Assembly (NCBI RefSeq): GCF_030028105.1 | Contig: NC_092372.1 | Span: 101,436,687 to 101,500,686 of the forward strand | Origin: Mobula birostris | Taxonomy: Eukaryota | Length of the DNA: 64,000 nucleotides | Reading direction: 5' to 3' | Shown here: piece by piece, positions 12,545 through 24,136 of the stretch | Layout of the letters: each line of letters opens with the position of its first letter | Position numbering within the stretch: the first letter of the stretch is position 1 | Notes under the pieces: generated by a model | Database searches by the model: none | What the model saw: only the letters and a program-made list of their open reading frames with translations | Told to the model about the DNA's origin: nothing | Translations under genes and position numbers: made by a program

Positions 12545-13600
12545 GCTGGCTATGTCAGAAAGATAGACCCATTCAATTGTACAACAGACAACTGGTTCAT
12601 GTATACTAAGTGAATTAAGCAGTACTTTGAAGCAAATAAAATAGCCAATGAAAAGCATCTGCCAGTTTTGCTGAGTGCATTGGCTGAAAAAGCACACAAT
12701 TTGCTTACATATTTAACTGCTCCAACCAAACCAGCTGAAATAAACTTTGCTGATATGATAAAATTAATTCAAGAGATTTAGATTCAAAACCATTATTGAT
12801 TGCAGAATGTCTTAGGTTTCATAAATGGAATCAAAAGACAAAACATCAATTTCAGCATGTGAGCCTGAATTGAAGAGATTCTCTGAGCATGGCCAGTTCA
12901 GTAATGGACTCAATGATGCACTGAAAGATCATTTAGGACTAACAAGGAACATTTACAATCTTACAAGAGAGCGTTCAAAAACAGTTCCTAACTGAAGCAC
13001 TACTTACATCACAAGTGGGCACGTGGCCAAGTGGTAAAGGCACTCAACTAGCGACCTGAAGGTTGTGAGTTCAAGCCCCAGCTGAGGCAACGTGTTGTGT
13101 CCTTGAGTAAGGCACTTAACCACATATTGCTCTGCGATGATACTAGTGCCAAGCTGTATGGGTCCTAATGCCCTTTCCTTGGACAACATTGGTGTCGTGG
13201 AGAGGGGAGACTTGTAGCATGGGTAACTGCCGGTCTTCCATACAACCTTGCCCAGGGTTGCGCCCTGGAGAGTGAAGACTTTCCAGGTGCAGATCCATGG
13301 TTTTGCAAGACTAACGGATGGTTTTATGATTATACTTACAAACATTTGTGCATCTAAAAGAGTGGTTGAAATCACTGTATCAATGGAAACAACAAACACA
13401 GAGACAATTGATTTGCAGTCATAAATGAAAGTGAGCATGAATAAGTTTTCAATGTCTAAACAGAAACTTGCCTAGCTGAACAAATAGTGTTACTGTTATG
13501 GCAGGGTCTCACATACACCTGACCACTCCAGGTTTAGAAATGAAACCTGCAGAGAATGCAATAACATAGGACACAGGAAAGAGAAAATCAAGTTGCAGTT
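12545..13600 (+). pseudogene. Gypsy gag relic, interrupted by a SINE at 13015-13325
   Basis: IKQYFEANKI, LLTYLTAPTKPAEINFADMIKL, KPLLIAECLRFHKWNQ, QFSNGLNDALKDHL, ILQESVQKQFLTE; many stops. Confidence 0.75.
13015..13325 (+). mobile_element. tRNA-derived CORE-type SINE, nested in gag
   Basis: A box TGGCCAAGTGG, B box GAGTTCAAGCC, CORE-like TGTGTCCTTGAGTAAGGCACTTAACC; possible TSD TACTTACA (13001-13008, 13333-13340); sister copy at 57027. Confidence 0.85.
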
Positions 13601-13875
13601 CCAAAAGGAGCACTAATCTATATGTTGTTGATAAAAAAAAATCTGATAATGATGAGAGACTGGTAAAATTGAGATTTACAATGTGAAAGCTAACAATGGA
13701 CAAACAATATGGCTTACACCAAAAGTGAGCAGGAAATTAATTATAATGTAATTGTACACTGGCTCAGCTGTTCCAGTCACTTCATGAAATGTGTTTGAAT
13801 GACATTTCAAGGATACTGAACTGAAACCCAGTGATATCCCACTAATAATTTGTCTGGAGGAAAGATAACCCATGT

Positions 13876-13913
13876 TAGTCCTGACGAAGGGTCTCGGCCT
13901 GAAACGTCGACTG
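13876..13913 (+). ncRNA. Minimal type-I hammerhead ribozyme with intact core
   Basis: Stem I AGTC(13877-80)/GACT(13909-12); CTGACGA 13881-87; stem II AGG/CCT (13888-90/13898-900); GAAA 13901-04; loopless palindromic stem III ACGT; GTC cleavage triplet ending at 13908. Confidence 0.85.
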
Positions 13914-14010
13914 CACCTCTTCCTAGAGATGCTGCCTGGCCTGCTGCGTTCACCAGCAACTTTGATGTGTGTTGCTTGAATTTCCAGCATCTGCAGAATT
14001 CCTGTTGTTT
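13876..14010 (+). mobile_element. 135-bp Penelope-derived insertion carrying a hammerhead, nested in Gypsy pol
   Basis: TSD CCATGT at 13870-13875 and 14011-14016; homologous to the terminal repeat of the GIY-YIG element at 24137-24230 (minus strand). Confidence 0.88.
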
Positions 14011-16854
14011 CCATGTGTGAATGACATTTGTAATAGTGAAATACGATAACCTTGACTGGCTAAGACAATTAAAACTTGATTGGAGATCCATCCACCATTT
14101 GCATGTCTCACATCCTGCAACAGAGTCAACTGACAGTGAATTAAGGGCAGTGATAGATAATGTCACAGCAGTGTTCAAAGATGGAATTGGAAAACACAGC
14201 ATACCAAGGGTAAAATAGTGTTAAATGAAAATGCCACACCCAAGTTTTACAAAAACCCATCCAGTTCCTTATACTATCTATCATAAAGAAATCAGTAACC
14301 TAGAATGCATGGAGGCTGAAGGAATTCTTTCCGAGGCCACCTGAGCCCATGAGCAACACCAGTGTTCCCAGTAACCAAGGTAAATGTGTCTATCAGGATC
14401 TATGTTGATTTTAAGGTCACTATCAACCCAGTACTAAAAGTTGATCAATACCCCTTGCCCAGGATAGAGGATATCTTTGCAAACCTTTCTGGTGGGAAAC
14501 ATCTCAGCAAAGTGGACTTAGCTGAGGTCTGCTTACAGAATGAGATTGAAGAAGAGTCCAAAGTGTTTCTCACAAAGGACTTTACCACTATAACAGGTTT
14601 ATTTTTGGAGTACTGTCTGGCAGAAAGCTATGGACCAGCTGCTGCAAGGCTGCACAGGTTCTCAGTGTTACTGGTAAGGATGACGAGGAACATCTCCGAT
14701 ATCTCAAGATAGCGTTAAAAAGATTAGATTATAGGCTCAGAGTACAATACAACGAGTATGAATTCGTTAAACCAAGCATCACTTACTGTGGTCACACCAT
14801 TGACGCACAGGCATTACACAAGTGTATAAAGCCCCAAGGCCAAATATCGTGTCCTTTTTTGCAGTCCTTTTTCAGATTTGTCAATTACTACAATAGCTTT
14901 CTGCCAAACCTTGCTCCTGTGCTCCGCCCCTTGAACTTATTACTACAGGAGTGGCAGTGGACAAAGCAGTGTGAGGTTGTTTTCCAAAGGGCAAAGAAAA
15001 GGATGATGGCAGACTCTGTTCTCACACATTACGACCCACATCATCCAGTGAAGCTTGCTTGTGATGCCTCATCTTATGATATATATGCAGTAATGTCACA
15101 TGTCATGAGTGATGAATGTGAACATCTCATAGTCTTTGTAGCATGGTCCCTTAACACTGCACAGAAAAATTACACACAGATTTACAGAGAGGTCTTGAGT
15201 CTGGTTTGGGGTGTAAAACATTTCAACCAGTATTTGTATGGGATTGAGCTAACTCTCATTACTGGTCACCCATCTCTAGTGTGTATTTTCAATCCACAGG
15301 AGGGTGTTCCACTAACAGCAGAGATGAGCTCTGTTTCCTGGAGGACACAATTACAGCTAATCATGGAAATGATGATTGATTCTCCCATTTACTCATGGAA
15401 AAGGAAATACCAGAAAATTTACAAGAAACAATACTCTTCTTAACATATCCTCCCTAATGCAAACCAGAAGTCTCCCTATTACAGCAGAGATGATACAAAG
15501 GGAAACCAGAAAAGACCCCACATTGTTTCAGGTCTATGTGGCCACCTAAAATGGCTGGAGTGTGCAGCAGAAATTCCATTTCCTCCATTTTCACCAGTGC
15601 TGGGATAAACTTGCCATTGATGGGGGTGGGGGGGGGGGGGTTCCTTATGTAGGGATTGAAAGTTGTTGTACAATCCAATCTGAGAGCTATAGTGTTGGAG
15701 GAGCCACGTGTCGGTCATCTAGGTGTGGTCAGAATGAAAGCATTAGTTCAAAGCTTTGTCTGGAGGCCTGGGATAGATCAGTAGATCAGGCTGTTGTTAT
15801 GTACTGTTTGGGATGCCTACATGTCCAGAAGATGCTTAGAACTCTCCATCACTGGGAATGGCTGCATTGCCCTAGCAGAGGACTCATGTGGATTCTGCTG
15901 GAGCATTCACGGCAAATTTCTTGGTAGTAGTGGATGCAGCTACAAAGTAGCCAGAAGTGTTCCCAACAGCCTCCACTACAGCCTCGCATACTATTGATGT
16001 GTTGAGAAGCCTCTCTCAAGGACCAGTGTTCCAGAACACTTAACCATTCACAATGGACTACAGTTTGTTGTGGAACTGTTTCCGTCATTCCTGCGAATGA
16101 ATGGAATAAGACATATTGCATCTGCACCATACCATTCAGCTACAATTGGCTTGGCAGAAAGATTTACCCAGAGTCTAAAGAATGCACTGCGAGGAATGTC
16201 AGCAGAACACACTACACTAACACTGAATCAGAAGCTCACCATTTTTCTCCTTGCAATTCTCAATGCAGCATGCTAAACAACCAACAATTCACCAGCCATG
16301 TTGTTCCTGGTTCATTCCTTAAGCTCACACTTGGATGTCATCAAGCCCAGTCTCAGAGGGAGCATGCAGGACAACCAGCTGAGACAAATTAAGGTCACCT
16401 TAGACAAGGAGGATCGATGTTTCACGTCTGGATAAGCAATTCTGGCGAAGCATTACGGAGACGATCAAAAGTGGGTGCTCCAAAAGATTAAGGACAGAAC
16501 TGGACCAATCTCCTACCCAGTAGAGGTTGGGTCTGTTGTCATTTAGAGATAACACATCGATAATCGTGAAAAATATAGCCTGGAGCTGTCAGAGCCTTCT
16601 CCTGTAGTGCTAGAGTCAACTCTTACAACCACTACAGAGGAGGCCCCAGAACTTGCGGTTGCTTCACAGACACATTTCTCCTTCCAAGCAGACTTGTCAG
16701 GAAAGATGTTATCCTACAAGAGTAAGAAATCCTCCACAGTGATTAAATTTTTAGGCTTGAATGGTACAATTTAACAGTTAAAATGCTGTAGAAGACCATC
16801 GTAATATAGTTGATATAGTTGAGATGCATTCTATATTCAGTTGCAGTATCCGTC

Positions 16855-16868
16855 TAAGCAAGGAGGAG
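16855..16868 (+). other. Polypurine tract
   Basis: TAAGCAAGGAGGAG immediately before the TG of the 3' LTR. Confidence 0.75.
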
Positions 16869-17126
16869 TGTTATGTATTTAATATTTCAGTCGTATTGTA
16901 AATATATTGTTTGATTAAGCATTCTTAGTTGTTTACATAATTCATTATGGGTTAAATATAAAAGTATGTGAATGGTATACGTCATTACTCCATCTTGCCA
17001 TATGTGAGCATCTTTATACCAACACGTTCTTCACTATAGAAAAGAAATGGAACTAAATGTACATGAGTTATCCCTAGCTCTCAAGTGTTTTTCTTTCAAT
17101 TAGTATTGTAGTTACAAAACGTAACA
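16869..17126 (+). repeat. 3' LTR
   Basis: TGTTATGTATTTAATAT...GTTACAAAACGTAACA followed by TSD ATGAG. Confidence 0.9.
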
Positions 17127-17200
17127 ATGAGGATTTTGGTGTTGCAGGGTGAACAATCAAAAGGAAAGTTCTGGCTGCCAATGAACTATATTGTCCACAG

Positions 17201-17487
17201 GGGTGGCACAATAGCATAGCGTTTAGCACAATGCTTTATAATACTAACAATCTGGTTCAATTCCGAACCCTGCCTGCAAGGAGTTTGTACGTTCTCCCCA
17301 TGACAACATGGGTTTCCTCCGGGTGCTCCAGTTTCCTCCCACAGTTCAAAGATGTAGTGGTTGGTGAGTTAATTGGGCATTGTAAATTGTCTCGTAATTC
17401 AACTAGGATTAAAAGTGGGGAATTGCTGGGCGGCGTGGCTCAAAGGGCTAGAAGGGCCTATTCTGTGCTGTATCTCAATAAATAAAT
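17201..17487 (+). mobile_element. V-SINE (HE1/MER6-like) with CR1-type tail
   Basis: tRNA-like head GGTTCAATTCC; V-domain GGAGTTTGTACGTTCTCCCC..TGGGTTTCCTCCGGGTGCTCCAGTTTCCTCCCACA; tail GAAGGGCCTATTCTGTGCTGTATCTCAATAAATAAA. Confidence 0.88.
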
Positions 17488-17589
17488 ATTTTAACCTTGA
17501 GTATCTCTGAAAAACTTAACTTTTTAATCACATTGATGGTCCAGCCATTATACCAGAGAATTAAGACACGTTTATGCCTCCTGCTCCAA

Positions 17590-17790
17590 CATACTTTTGC
17601 AGAGGGAGTTGACTCTCTGGAATTCTCTATCCTGTAAGGTTTCAGAGACTCAAGCTTTGGAGGTATTTAAGGAGGAGGCAGATAATTTTTTGAAAGATCA
17701 GGGAATTAAGGGCTCTGGGGTACCAGGGCATGGGGAGGTGAGGTTCGGGGCTGATTAGCCATGAATGGTAAATAGAGTAGACTTAAGCAA
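17590..17790 (+). mobile_element. CR1 3' remnant
   Basis: GCAGAGGGAGTTGACTCTCTGGAATTCTCT..GTATTTAAGGAGGAGGCAGATAATTTTTTG..GGGAATTAAGGG. Confidence 0.65.
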
Positions 17791-17869
17791 TTTAACCAGC
17801 TCCTCCTCTGTATCAGAGGGAAATGAGGGATTACTGCGTTCTCAGTTTCACAGAAACATAGCTCAATCT

Positions 17870-20263
17870 CTACACTCCCAGCACTGAGATATAGCCGGAG
17901 GTGGTTCTCAATCCACAGGATGGATTAGGCAGCAGCATCAAGAAAGGGCAAAGGTGGTGTCTGCTTCACAATACACTCAACGTGGTACTTGGAATTATCC
18001 TTGCTGAAGACTTTAATGCGGCTAGCTTGTAGAAATCCCTGCACAGAAATACAATCAGAACCATTAGTGCACTACAATCAAGAATACCTACCATTCAATC
18101 TCTTGGCTGCATTTCAGAAAATATGATCATCTGGCAGACCTCTTCTTACCTCAAAATGGACAAAGACTAAAGATAAAGGCACCAATGTAAGGTCATCAAA
18201 GAGGAGGTCACCTGAGAGAGAGGAACAGCTACAGGACTGCTTTGAGGCAATGGATTGGGCCTTTTCAAAGACTCTTCAGAGGACCAGAATGAACACACCA
18301 CAAGACTTTATAAAGACACTCATGGACAAGTGTGTACCCAGAAAATCATTCAGATCTTCCCCAACTAGAAGCCCTGGATGGTCTAAGAGATCCAAGGTCT
18401 GCTGAGGGCTAGATCGGAGGTATTCAGAGCTGGCGAACCAGGGAAGTACAAGAGGTCCAGGTATGACCTCTAGAAGGTCACCTCACATGCAAAGTGGCAA
18501 TTCCAGACTAAGCTTGAATCACAGAAGTATGTTCAACAGCTGCGGCATCATCTCCTACGAAGCCAAACCAAACCATATAAAAGACATCAAGGTTTCGCTC
18601 CCAGATGATCTCAATGACTTTTATGCCTTTCTGTCATTCTCTTTGACCAGCAGAATATGGACCCACCTCATAAATCCACCGCCCCTGACGACATTGTGAT
18701 TTCCGTCTCTGAGGCCAATGAGAAAGCATCCTTCAGGAGGGTAAATTCACAGAAAGTATCTGGTCAAGGTGGCATACTGGCTGAGTACAGAAGACCTGTA
18801 CTAATCAACTGCTGGAGTGTTTATAGATATCTTCAACCTCTTGCTTCGGCAGTCACGTGTACCCACCTACGTCAAGCAGACTTCAATCATACCAGTGCCC
18901 AAGAAGAATTAGGTTAGCTGCCTCAATGACTATTGTCCAGTGACAAATACATCCGCTGTGATGAAGAGCTTTGAGAGGTTGGTCATGAAGTATATCAACT
19001 CCTACCTGAGCAATAACATGGATCCATTCAAACTTGCCTAGTGTGACAACAGAAAAACTGCAGATGCCACTTCATTGCTCTTCATTCAGTTCTGGAACTC
19101 CTGGACAATGAAGATATAGCGCATACATCCTGATGCTCTTCATTCAACACTACCACCCCCTCAAAACTAATCATTAAGCTCCAAGACCTGGGCCTCGATA
19201 CTCCTTGTATGACTGGATCATTGATTTTCTCACTTGCAGACTCCAGTCAATACAGACTGACAACAACTTCAGTACGGGTGCACCACAAGGTTGAATGTTT
19301 AGCCTCCTCCTCCACTCACTTTAGACCTATAATTGTGTGGCCTAGTACAGTTCAAATGTCATACTTAAGTTTGCTGATGACAACCACCGTTGCCAGCCAG
19401 ATCAAAGCTGCTGACGAGATGGCTTGCAGAAGGGAGATTGAAAATCTGGCTGAGTGGTGCCACAACAACAACCTCTCACTCAACATCAGCAAAAACAAAG
19501 AGCTGATTATGAACTGCAGGAAGAGAAAGGCAAAGGTCTATCAGCCACGGAGGTGGAGAGAGTCAGTAACTTTGAATTCCTTGGCATTACTGTATCAGAG
19601 GGTTTTTCCTGCGACCAACATATAAGTGGCTTCACAAAGAAGGCTCAGCAGCACCTCTGCTTAGAAGTTTGCATAGATTCAGCATGTTAGCTAAAACTTT
19701 GACAAAGTTCTATGGATGTACAGTGGAGTGTGTCACAACTGGTTGTATCACAGCCTGGTATGGAAACACCAATGCCCAGGAACAGAGAAGTCTACAGAAA
19801 GTGGTAGATACAGTCCAGTACATCACAGGAAACGCCTCCTCACTATTGACCACATCGAGCAGAAGCGCTGCCGCAAGAAACGACTCCCACCATCCAGGCC
19901 ATTGTCTTTCTTGCTATTACCATTAGGAAGGAGGTACAGGAGCCCTAAGTGCCACACCTCTAGGCTCTGGAACAGTTATTACACTACAACTGTCAGGGTC
20001 CTGAACTCATCACAATTCTCATTCCACAATCTACAAACTCACATTCAAGGACTCTACAACTCATGTTCTCAGTATTATTTATTTATATATAACTTTTATT
20101 GCAAAATTTGTCTTGCACATTGGTTGATTGTCAATCTTTATTTATGTATAGTTTTCATAAGTTCAATTATATTTCTTTATTTTCCCACAAATGCCTGTGA
20201 GAAAATGAATCTCAAGGTAGCATATGGTGATATATATGTACTTCACTAAAAAATGTACTTTGA
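17870..20263 (+). mobile_element. Rex1/Babar-like LINE (endonuclease remnant, RT, 3' UTR)
   Basis: CLNDYCPV, VMKSFERLV, KFADD, EIENLAEWCHNNNLSLNISKNKEL, GCITAWYGN; 3' tail AATCTCAAGGTAG..ATGTACTTTGA. Confidence 0.85.
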
Positions 20264-23059
20264 ATTATTCATTCAATCTGTTGGTCAATGATAGCACGGG
20301 CCAGAGGTTATACTTGACCTCCAAATAGTGAAAATCATTTTTAACTGTAGAACCTTATGTACACTAGTATCTTAAACCCCAGCCAGATGCCCAGTCTGTT
20401 GAGCAAAAACCAATTTCAAGTCCGGTCTCTAAAATCAGAAGTAGTGTACATCCTTAGTAGGTATATCAGATGCACTGATATCTGTTTAGGGTGACCTCAA
20501 CTGCTCCTGAATCTATACAGTACCAGCCGTTTGAACATGTTAGGCTGGCTGCTTTTATCTACTCATGTTCTGACCAGACTTTCACTTTCAATTCCACATA
20601 GCCACTGCTGTTGATCTGAGATCTTTCACACCTTTCAAACTAAAAGTAACAATTCATCCTGTACATTCATGGTAGGAATTCCAGCCTGATCTCTTGGTTA
20701 CATTACAATTATACTGACCTTCACATCATTCATTGTGATAGTTTGGTCCCACTGTTAATAAGACTTCCAATTAGATTTCACTTTCCCTATGTTTAGATAG
20801 AACTCCCAACTCCCAATATGACGTATTGAGCTTAAATTTATCTCAAGAAGAATCCTATTTAATCGACGTAAACAGGTAGCTCATAGAAGAGTGAGTAATG
20901 CCTCCAAAGAAAGACAAGAGAAAATGTATTTAACATCTAGGTTTTCACACCTGCCATTGAGTCCAAATTTGTTTTCACAGATGGCTTTTCCATGGTTCAG
21001 GAATCAAAATGTTTGATGCACTGATGACCTTTGACTGTTTAGGAGTTTAAAATCTTAAGTCCAATGCTTGCATTCCCTTTTAGAGAGCTTGTTTTTGCCA
21101 AGTATCTGTCAAAAAAAAATAGAGACTGAAATGAGTTTGTCAACCTTGGTCTTATCATTAGAGCTCACACCCTCTACAATTCAGTGCACAGAACTAGAAG
21201 TTAAGAAAATCTGATCACATCAATTCTTATGCATGCTTTCCAGCAATGCTAAACAGAAGAGTCAGCAACATTTATTGGACACTAATAATAGTCATGTGGA
21301 ATAGAACAGTATCTCTTTGGTAAAAACATAAATACAATGATGCATGGCACTATTACTATGCTATAGTGCACAGTTCTAGTGATTTATTTTATTATTATAC
21401 CGAGGTAGTGACAAACAAGTTAACAGTGATCCATTGTGACAAATGCCATCAGTATCTTTTCCTATATTATTCCTCAGCATTCCACCACTAATACAGTGTC
21501 TCCAACATACCGACAAAATCTGGTGTTATATTTGCAAATGAGAAGAAAATTGTAAATATATACTCATGGCTATCTGGGATGGAACCCAAATAACATATAG
21601 GCCATTTTGTCCAGTTTTTCTCATTTTCCCTTAACAATATTAGATACCAGAAAGGGTTTTAAAACACTGGGAGTAGCTCTTACATTCCTTACAACCTCTC
21701 CAGCATAATAACGGCAGTGGCAGTTCTAATGACTAATAGGAGTACTTGAAATATTCTTCTTATAATACATAATTTTGGAACACTCTGTCAAATAAAATAA
21801 CATTTTAGTGCCGTAGTGCTGCGAGTCTTTATCACTTAAACCATTAGCTGCACGGCACATAGTGAAAATAAAATGATGGCCTGATATGGACTGAAATAAA
21901 AATGTTAGGAAGAAAGATCATTTAAACTGCTCTCATCATTTGTTGCAGAGCTAATTTCATTCACCCGGTGTAGCTCTTTCAGGGATTAGTCAAGCATATA
22001 TGTTCATCAGGATAAACACAAAAGTATTTTAAGTGCAACGTGTCTCACTGAGATAAATGGTGGTGCAGTGGTAAAGTATTTATTTCACACAGGCTGCCAC
22101 GCCAAGGAGAAATTATGAACTCTGCCATCTTATCAGGGTTATATTGCATCCAGCAAAGATCTTCTTTTTTCTCACAGTCTGAAGGAGAAACCAACCAGTA
22201 TTCTAGTTACCACACAATGAACCCATTGATTCTAAACAAGCTATAAACAGTATCATAAGTGGTGCTTCCTGTTCTGTTCTCAAACAGCAGAATTTCAGAC
22301 CATTATCCACTTCCACTTGGCATCATGAGATAAGAAAAGGAAGAACAGACCTTTGAGGTCACTCCCACATTCAGAAGGCAAGACTGATGCTCCATACAGT
22401 CCACTTTCTCACTCAATCCCTATATCCCCAGTTTAACCCTGTTAATCTTCATCTTCACTCAATCCTCCAGAAAAGAGAATCTCAAAGATCCATGGCCCAG
22501 TGAGCCAAGGATGTTCACCTCATCTCAATTCAAAAACAGTGAATATTTATTTTGAACTGTGTCTCCTAATTCCAGACACTCTGGCCAGATGAAATAGCAC
22601 AAATCATCAAAATGCCCTTTGCTTTTAACTTCCTATTTTTAATGCCCCAACATCAAGTTTCTATTAGTGATTGGTCAATATTTTTCTTTTATTTTCTTTC
22701 TGTCTATTCTGATTAGTCAAATGCTTCAAATCAGAGCATATCAGGGTGAGCAAGTTCTGCCTGGATAAAGTGGTAAAATCTAAAGCAGTTGACAGAATAG
22801 AATGAACTCATTAATTATGTAGCCCTCTCACCAGGGCTTGTATGCCAGCTTGGTTCATCAGCGAACTCTGCCAACAGTCATGTGATTCAGTGGTGAGAAG
22901 GCCATCTTTCTGAACAATATGTGTCTAGGATCAGTATGGTTCAGGGTTCAACCAAAACGGAATGTTGGGAATTAAATGCTAAAATAAAATAACTCATAGC
23001 ATAGCAGTAGAAATTTTAACCAGAATGTAATGTTCTATTACATCAGAACATCTAGATAG

Positions 23060-24000
23060 GCGTGTGATGAATTGGAGTTGCAACAGCTGGAACTGATGAA
23101 GATCATTGTGTGAACTGTACTGTTTCCACAGCAAGTGCTGGCTTCTTCAGGAACTTCAGCTCAGGATCAATGTGCAGAAGTCAGAGCTCCAAACTCTTTG
23201 ATGCATCAGGGAGAAGAGAATTACCTGGGAACAGTATTCCAGCAGCCATACCCGTTAGAATAACTATCTCCAAAATGGTGGATGATTAGTGACAGGATGG
23301 TATGACTGTAAAAGGGGCATTTGTAGGACACAGATGATAGTTCCAGAGGAGCCTCTATCCTTATCTTTGTTTAACTAGGTTCTTGCTCTCTTGATGAGTT
23401 GGATGAGGTTGGGGTGAAGATGGCTGGAGGATGTTTAAAATGTCCATGGCACCATGCTGCAGGGGCCATTCAAGTGGGGGAAGGCAAGAGAAATGTGATA
23501 GTCTTAGAGAACAGCACAGATAGGGAAAGAGACACTGTTCTCTCCTGTAATGCCAGAGTTCTGAAAACCAAGTCATCTGTCTGCTGCCAGATTTAAAACA
23601 TCTCCTCAGAGCTGGACAAGAACTTGGACTGGGAAGGAGAGCCTCCAGATATCATGGCTCATGTAGACATTGGTGGCTCCAGTCCAGATCAAGTATCCTA
23701 ACTCAAGACATTGACTATTCATTTTCCTCCATAGGTGCTGCCTGGTCCACTGAGTATATCCAGTGCTTTTTGTGTGTTGAGTGACATAGCTGGGATTAGG
23801 AAGGACTGTGAGGAGCTTGGGGCAAAAATGAAAAGCAGTAACACAAGAGTATAAATCTCTGGATTATTACTTGAGCCATGTGCAGATTGACAAAGGGTAA
23901 ATAGGATTAAAAAGTTAAATACATGGCACCATGCCTGCTATAGGAGAAATGGGTTCAACCCACAGCTATGGCAGTACACAGGGTTTTAAACAAATAGAAG
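23060..24000 (+). pseudogene. Old CR1 ORF1 relic (Zn-finger/coiled-coil plus SGNH esterase), with no ORF2
   Basis: SKCWLLQELQLRI; ELQTL*CIRE; LDKNLDWEGEPPDIMAHV; EELGAKMKSSNTRV*ISGLLLEP; parallels ORF1 at 40480-40984. Confidence 0.65.
23678..23778 (+). mobile_element. Degenerate Penelope terminal-repeat insertion within the CR1 ORF1 relic
   Basis: CAGTC-CAGATCAAG..AAGACATT-GACTA (decayed hammerhead) then CCATAGGTGCTGCCTGG..CTGAGTATATCCAGTGCTTTTTGTGTGTT. Confidence 0.6.
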
Positions 24001-24136
24001 GGGCCGCAGCCTCCAAAAATAGGATGTTCACTAAATAAGGAGGAAAAGGGAGAGTTATGGCACAGAATAGTGAGGGAGAAGATGAGAAGAAAAATAGATG
24101 AGTTAACAATACAGTACCAATTACAATATCTGAGTA

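Larger units (their letters stand above)
13700..16560 (+). pseudogene. Gypsy pol relic (protease, RT, RNase H, integrase)
   Basis: IRIYVDFKVTINPVLKVDQYPLPRIEDIFANLSGGKHLSKVDL (RT); VLTHYDPHHPVKLACDASSY (RNase H); FLRMNGIRHIASAPYHSATIGLAERFTQSLKNAL (integrase). Confidence 0.9.
12079..17126 (+). mobile_element. Full-length, decayed Ty3/Gypsy (Mag-like) LTR retrotransposon
   Basis: TG..CA LTRs at 12079-12332 and 16869-17126; 5-bp TSD ATGAG at 12074-12078 and 17127-17131; PBS and PPT present; gag-PR-RT-RH-IN order. Confidence 0.93.

Noticed and set aside
13015-13090. tRNA-like sequence (also 17201, 55116, 57027)
   Set aside because: These are SINE heads: they continue into CORE or V domains and lack a full cloverleaf and terminator.
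15622-15640. Poly-G run giving PPPPTP / GGGGG ORFs
   Set aside because: Homopolymer expansion (or sequencing slippage) inside dead Gypsy pol.
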